A stretch of DNA of 12,483 nucleotides from a virus (taxonomy: Duplodnaviria; Heunggongvirae; Uroviricota; Caudoviricetes). Positions 8,441 to 12,483 of this stretch are shown piece by piece. The notes under the pieces were generated by a model. It did no database searches. It had not been told where the DNA came from and was given only the letters and a program-made list of their open reading frames with translations. The stretch lies in the IMG/VR virus record IMGVR_UViG_2563366928_000007, one strand, 5' to 3'. The position numbers and the translations under genes are program-made. Position 1 is the stretch's first letter. Every line of letters begins with the position of its first letter.

Positions 8441-10816
8441 ATGGCAGCAGTAAAAATCTCAGGTGTGCTGAAAGATTGTGCGGGAAAACCAATACAGAAC
8501 TGCACTATTCAACTGAAGGCAAAGCGTAACAGCACCACGGTACTGGTGAACACGGTGGCCTCTGAAAATCCGGATGAAGCCGGGCGTTACAGCATGGATG
8601 TTGAGCATGGCCAGTACAGCGTCATCCTGCTGGTTGAAGGTTTTCCGCCTTCACATGCCGGGACCATTACCGTCTATGAAGGCTCCAGACCAGGTACGCT
8701 GAATGATTTTCTCGGTGCCATGACGGAAGATGATGTCATGCCGGAGGCATTGCGTCGTTTTGAGGCAATGGTGGAAGAAGTGGCACGCAACGCCGAAGCC
8801 GCCTCTCAGAGCGCAGCGGCGGCAAAGAAATCCGAAACTGCAGCGGCATCATCGAAGAACGCGGCGAAAACCTCAGAAACGAATGCAGCTAATAGTGCAC
8901 AGGCGGCAGCGACCTCAAAGACTGCATCGGCAAACTCCGCGACAGCAGCCAAAAAATCAGAAACCAACGCGAAAAACAGTGAGACAGCCGCAAAGACGAG
9001 CGAAACCAACGCAAAGTCCAGCCAGACGGCAGCGAAAACCAGCGAAACGAATGCTAAAGCCAGTGAAACTGCAGCAAAAAACAGCCAGGCTTCAGCAGCC
9101 GAAAGCGAGAGCGCGGCAGCCGGTTCTGCGACTTCAGCAGCTGGATCAGCAACTGCTGCGGCTAACAGCCAGAAAGCTGCGAAGACGAGTGAAACTAACG
9201 CAAAGTCCAGCCAGACGGCAGCGAAGACCAGCGAAACGAATGCCAAAGCCAGTGAAACTGCGGCGAAAAGCAGTCAGGATGCAGCGGCCCAAAGCGAGAG
9301 TGCCGCAGCCAGTTCTGCAAGCGCGGCGGCTGCTTCTGCCACTGCATCAGCTAACAGTCAAAAAGCAGCAAAAACCAGTGAAACCAACGCAAAGGTGAGC
9401 GAAACAGCGGCTGCGAACTCAGCGAAAGCATCGGCAGCAAGCCAGACGGCAGCTAAAGCAAGCGAAGATGCAGCCAGAGAGTACGCAAGCCAGGCTGCGG
9501 AGCCGTATAAATATGTCTTACAGCCGCTGCCTGATGTGTGGATACCATTTAACGATTCGCTGGATATGATTACGGGCTTTTCGCCATCATATAAAAAAAT
9601 TGTTATTGGTGACGATGAAATAACGATGCCTGGCGACAAGATTGTTAAGTTTAAACGTGCATCGAAAGCAACCTATATTAACAAATCTGGTGTGCTGACA
9701 GAGGCTGCCATTGACGAGCCACGATTTGAACGTGATGGCCTGCTTATTGAGGGGCAAAGAACAAACTACATGCTCAATTCGGAAAGCCCTGCCAGTTGGG
9801 GGCGATCGTCAAATATGGATGTGCCCGAAACAGGGACGGATAATTTTGGTTTTACCTATGGAAAGTTTGTCTGCAACGATTCTCTGATTGGGCAAACCTC
9901 AGCCATTAATATGGCATCAATTGCTGCAACAAAGTCAGTTGATGTCTCAGGCGATAATAAACACGTGACAACCTCATGTCGTTTTAAAACAGAACTGCAG
10001 GTAAGGTTGCGTATCCGGTTTGATAAATATGACGGTAGCGCAACAACTTTTCTTGGTGATGCGTATATTGATACACAAACGCTTGAAATTAATATGACAG
10101 GCGGTGCTGCCTCAAGGATTACAGCGAGAGTCAGAAAGGACGAAGCTACCGGATGGATTTTTGCAGAGGCAACAATTCAGGCAATTGATGGGGAGTTAAA
10201 AATAGGCTCTCAGATACAGTATTCTCCTAAGCAGAGCGGGGCAACCGTATCTGGTGACTATATTTATCTGGCCACCCCACAAGTAGAAGATGGGCCTTGT
10301 GTATCATCTTTTATTATATCAGGAGCGACGGCGGCGACCCGCGCAAGCGATATAGTTACAGTTCCAATTAAGAATAATCTTTATAATCTTCCTTTTACGG
10401 TTCTTTGTGAGGTACATAAGAACTGGTATAAAACGCCAAATGCAGCGCCACGTGTTTTTGATACCGGCGGTCATCAAACCGGAGCGGCTATTATTCTTGG
10501 CTTCGGTCGTTCAACAGATTACGACGGATTTCCTTATTGCGATATTGGAGGAGCTAACAGACGGGTAAACGAAAACGCATCGCTTGAAAAAATGGTTATG
10601 GGGATGCGTGTAAAGTCAGAGCAGTCTACGTGCTCAGTAAGTAACGGGCATATATCCAGCGAAACAAAAACCACATGGTCCTGTATTCAGAACACCGCAA
10701 TTATCCGTATTGGAGGCCAGACTACAGCCGGGTTACGTCATTTATTTGGTCATGTCAGGAATTTCAGAATATGGCACAAGGCATTGACTGATGCTCAGGT
10801 GGGGGAGTCAATCTAA
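8441..10816 (+). CDS. stf: Side tail fibre protein Stf, mosaic: lambda-like N-terminal domain, repeat shaft, divergent C-terminal receptor-binding region with LamG-like terminal motif
   Basis: Long ORF (track start GTG 8435; ATG 8441 is preferred, with GGAG 5 nt upstream, giving MAAVKISGVLKD… like lambda Stf MAVKISGVLKDGTGKPVQNCTIQLKA…). An S/A/T/K/E/N-rich repeat region follows. The C-terminal ~430 aa are unrelated to lambda Stf and end …GLRHLFGHVRNFRIWHKALTDAQVGESI. Confidence 0.9.
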   Translation: MAAVKISGVLKDCAGKPIQNCTIQLKAKRNSTTVLVNTVASENPDEAGRYSMDVEHGQYSVILLVEGFPPSHAGTITVYEGSRPGTLNDFLGAMTEDDVMPEALRRFEAMVEEVARNAEAASQSAAAAKKSETAAASSKNAAKTSETNAANSAQAAATSKTASANSATAAKKSETNAKNSETAAKTSETNAKSSQTAAKTSETNAKASETAAKNSQASAAESESAAAGSATSAAGSATAAANSQKAAKTSETNAKSSQTAAKTSETNAKASETAAKSSQDAAAQSESAAASSASAAAASATASANSQKAAKTSETNAKVSETAAANSAKASAASQTAAKASEDAAREYASQAAEPYKYVLQPLPDVWIPFNDSLDMITGFSPSYKKIVIGDDEITMPGDKIVKFKRASKATYINKSGVLTEAAIDEPRFERDGLLIEGQRTNYMLNSESPASWGRSSNMDVPETGTDNFGFTYGKFVCNDSLIGQTSAINMASIAATKSVDVSGDNKHVTTSCRFKTELQVRLRIRFDKYDGSATTFLGDAYIDTQTLEINMTGGAASRITARVRKDEATGWIFAEATIQAIDGELKIGSQIQYSPKQSGATVSGDYIYLATPQVEDGPCVSSFIISGATAATRASDIVTVPIKNNLYNLPFTVLCEVHKNWYKTPNAAPRVFDTGGHQTGAAIILGFGRSTDYDGFPYCDIGGANRRVNENASLEKMVMGMRVKSEQSTCSVSNGHISSETKTTWSCIQNTAIIRIGGQTTAGLRHLFGHVRNFRIWHKALTDAQVGESI
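8815..9480 (+). repeat. Low-complexity coding repeat region inside stf, including a ~189-bp (63-aa) tandem direct duplication (copies starting near 9011 and 9200, third partial copy after ~9389)
   Basis: The motif gcaaagtccagccagacggcagcgaa… occurs at ~9011 and again at ~9200, with collinear similarity over ~190 bp. The protein shows reiterated AAKTSETNAK(S/A)S(Q/E)TAAK units. Confidence 0.8.
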
Positions 10817-11097
10817 TGAAAGATTTAACACTCAAATTTGCCGACAGGGCCGACTTTTCGGCCTTTATGGAGAGTATTGGCTATTATGATGACGAGTCGA
10901 TGCAGGATGATATTCTTATTGACGTGATAGGTAACGTGTACAAAGAAACCGGAGAACTGACTGAAGATGGCGAACCGGTATGTGTTAAGGAAGACGGATA
11001 TTTTGTAAACGTGCGCATCATTAATGATTCGCAAATATCGTCATTATTCGATGAATACGTGGTTGCTGTTGAGCATCAACTTCGTGGCTGGATGTGA
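10816..11097 (+). CDS. Hypothetical small acidic protein (93 aa), translationally coupled to stf
   Basis: ATG overlaps the stf stop (TAATG). Codon usage is coherent with neighbouring genes. Strongly acidic (many D/E). No family recognised by eye. Confidence 0.6.
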   Translation: MKDLTLKFADRADFSAFMESIGYYDDESMQDDILIDVIGNVYKETGELTEDGEPVCVKEDGYFVNVRIINDSQISSLFDEYVVAVEHQLRGWM

Positions 11098-11106
11098 GGA
11101 AGAAAA

Positions 11107-12147
11107 ATGGCTACATCGACAGTAATTCCTGATGACATCAAAACGCTAAAATCCGACGTTAGCAAATTAAAAAACGATCAAGGAAGCTACGCAACAAAAT
11201 TATATGTAGACAGCAAAGATGAAATCGTTGGTGACTGGTCTGCTTCATGGTATCAGCAGGTATTGCCAACTAGCGGAGCTATATTTGGGAGAAAACTCCG
11301 CTCAACTCACAGGACGGCAGGTGTTGAGGATGCGTATTGCGAACTATACCTCAAAAAATGGATAGACAGTCCAGGTAACGCAATGGCGCGCCTTAACCTG
11401 AACGATAACGGGACAAACATTTGCTGGGACTTTACCAACCTTTATGGCGGTACGATGATTTTTCCCGGTGACAGCGGATACCTCAAAATGGGTAACTGCC
11501 TTATGTCATACAGCAAGCGTGGAAGTAACGCGCTTATTAAATTTGATTACACCGACACATTACAGATCAAATATGCCAATCATGGGTCAACCATGACATT
11601 AAACACACAGGGAACCGCTTATGCTGGTGTTACTGCTCAATTGTGGGGCAACTCCAGCCGTCCTGTTGTTTATGAAGTCGGTGTTGATGGTGGCGCTTAT
11701 ATGTTCTATGCGCAGAAAAATACCGATAACACCTATATGTTAAGCGTTAATGGTGCATGTCATGCCACCGCATTTAACCAGCATTCCGACCGGGATCTGA
11801 AAGACAACATTCAGGTGATCGATAATGCAACCGACCGCATCCGTAAAATGAACGGCTATACATACACGCTTAAAGAAAACGGTATGCCCTATGCTGGTGT
11901 CATTGCACAGGAAGCTCTGGAAGCAATCCCAGAAGCTGTAGGTTCCGCAATGAAATATCAGGACGGTGCAAGCGGATCGGAAGGTGAAGAAGGTGAACGT
12001 TATTACACAGTAGATTATTCTGGTGTTACTGGCTTGCTTGTTCAGGTAGCCAGAGAGTCAGACGACAGAATAACAGCACTGGAAGAAGAAAATGCAGAAT
12101 TAAAACAAAGATTATCTGCAATTGAGGCGACGCTTGCGTCTAAATAA
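11107..12147 (+). CDS. Tail fibre/spike-like protein with C-terminal intramolecular chaperone autocleavage domain (peptidase S74 / endosialidase-chaperone type)
   Basis: 346-aa ORF with strong GAGGAAG Shine-Dalgarno. The C-terminal ~120 aa carry the S74-type signature: HSDRDLKDNIQ (Ser-x4-Lys autocleavage motif), …YAGVIAQEALEAIPEAVG…, …YYTVDYSGVTGLLVQVARE…, and a terminal coiled coil ITALEEENAELKQRLSAIEATL. The N-terminal ~225 aa are beta-rich and fibre-like. Confidence 0.85.
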   Translation: MATSTVIPDDIKTLKSDVSKLKNDQGSYATKLYVDSKDEIVGDWSASWYQQVLPTSGAIFGRKLRSTHRTAGVEDAYCELYLKKWIDSPGNAMARLNLNDNGTNICWDFTNLYGGTMIFPGDSGYLKMGNCLMSYSKRGSNALIKFDYTDTLQIKYANHGSTMTLNTQGTAYAGVTAQLWGNSSRPVVYEVGVDGGAYMFYAQKNTDNTYMLSVNGACHATAFNQHSDRDLKDNIQVIDNATDRIRKMNGYTYTLKENGMPYAGVIAQEALEAIPEAVGSAMKYQDGASGSEGEEGERYYTVDYSGVTGLLVQVARESDDRITALEEENAELKQRLSAIEATLASK

Positions 12148-12153
12148 TATTAA

Positions 12154-12176
12154 GGGGCCGAGCGCCCCGTTTTATT
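12154..12176 (+). terminator. Possible weak intrinsic terminator or hairpin after the S74 fibre gene
   Basis: GGGGC (12154-12158), loop CGAGC, GCCCC (12164-12168), followed by GTTTTATT. The stem is short and the U-tract imperfect. Confidence 0.35.
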
Positions 12177-12183
12177 GGGTAGG

Positions 12184-12483
12184 ATGAAAATGGATATAAC
12201 ACCTTTCCTTCATGCACTTTGTGCTGTGGCTGCGCAGGTACTGGTTGGTCTTTTTACCGGAAACTGGGCTTACGGGGCGATAGCCGGTTGTACGTTCTTC
12301 ATTGCTCGTGAACATACCCAGGCAGAATATCGCTGGATTGAAATGTTCGGGCATGGCAAGCGTATGAATATGCCGTGGTGGGGTGGTTTTGATCCGCGAG
12401 TGTGGGATGTGGCAAGCCTGATGGATTTTTCTGTGCCGGTGGTGGCTTGTCTGCTGGTCTGGCTGTTGGTTAATCGTGGGTGA
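12184..12483 (+). CDS. Small predicted inner-membrane protein (~97-99 aa, two hydrophobic segments), function unknown; moron candidate
   Basis: ORF complete within the window (TGA 12481-12483). Track start is TTG 12175; more likely starts are ATG 12184 or ATG 12190 (AGGA 5 nt upstream of 12190). Hydrophobic stretches LHALCAVAAQVLVGLFTGNWAYGAIAGCTFFIA and VASLMDFSVPVVACLLVWLLV flank a charged loop. Confidence 0.6.
   Translation: MKMDITPFLHALCAVAAQVLVGLFTGNWAYGAIAGCTFFIAREHTQAEYRWIEMFGHGKRMNMPWWGGFDPRVWDVASLMDFSVPVVACLLVWLLVNRG

Noticed and set aside
8730-9398. 222-aa + strand ORF (very basic, R/Q/K/P-rich) and 146-aa minus-strand ORF (8806-9246) within stf
   Set aside because: Both are produced by the stop-codon-poor tandem repeat region of stf read in the wrong frame or strand. 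Their compositions are extreme and they sit inside the lambda-like stf reading frame.
8815-9480. Possible CRISPR array suggested by repetitive sequence
   Set aside because: The repeats are ~189-bp imperfect coding duplications inside an ORF, not short identical direct repeats separated by unique spacers. There is no leader or cas context.
12172-12354. 60-aa minus-strand ORF
   Set aside because: It overlaps the better-supported + strand membrane-protein ORF and has no ribosome-binding site or recognisable features.
9480-12483. Invertible tail-fibre segment (gix/cix/hix-type crossover sites with a Gin/Pin-type invertase)
   Set aside because: I looked for the characteristic ~26-bp inverted crossover sites (…AAACC…GGTTT… cores) flanking the fibre C-terminal region and for an invertase gene. 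None was found by eye, and the only AAACC/GGTTT palindrome is the I-J hairpin at 4188-4207. Not excluded beyond the window.

Overview
This window is the tail-morphogenesis end of a lambda-like (lambdoid) prophage from an enterobacterial, E. coli-like genome, read left to right on the + strand. It opens inside an IS5 insertion sequence (3' end of transposase insH, terminal inverted repeat ending at 503) that has inserted into the tail tape measure gene, leaving only its 3' portion (504-1852). This is followed by the lambda-order genes M, L, K, I (K/I overlap 103 nt as in lambda), J (central tail fibre / host specificity, 4230-7709), the lom outer-membrane moron (7777-8376) flanked by hairpin terminators, and a side tail fibre gene stf (8441-10816). 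The stf gene has a lambda-like N-terminus, a Ser/Ala/Thr/Lys-rich tandem-repeat shaft and a non-lambda AT-rich C-terminal domain with a LamG-like terminal motif. Instead of lambda tfa, the distal end carries a small acidic 93-aa ORF, a 346-aa fibre-like protein with a C-terminal intramolecular-chaperone (peptidase S74-type) autocleavage domain, and a small predicted membrane protein (12184-12483). The most interesting part is this non-canonical distal module, including a single in-frame TGA separating the 93-aa ORF from the S74 fibre ORF. All calls rest on reading the translations and on recalled family knowledge; no database search was run.
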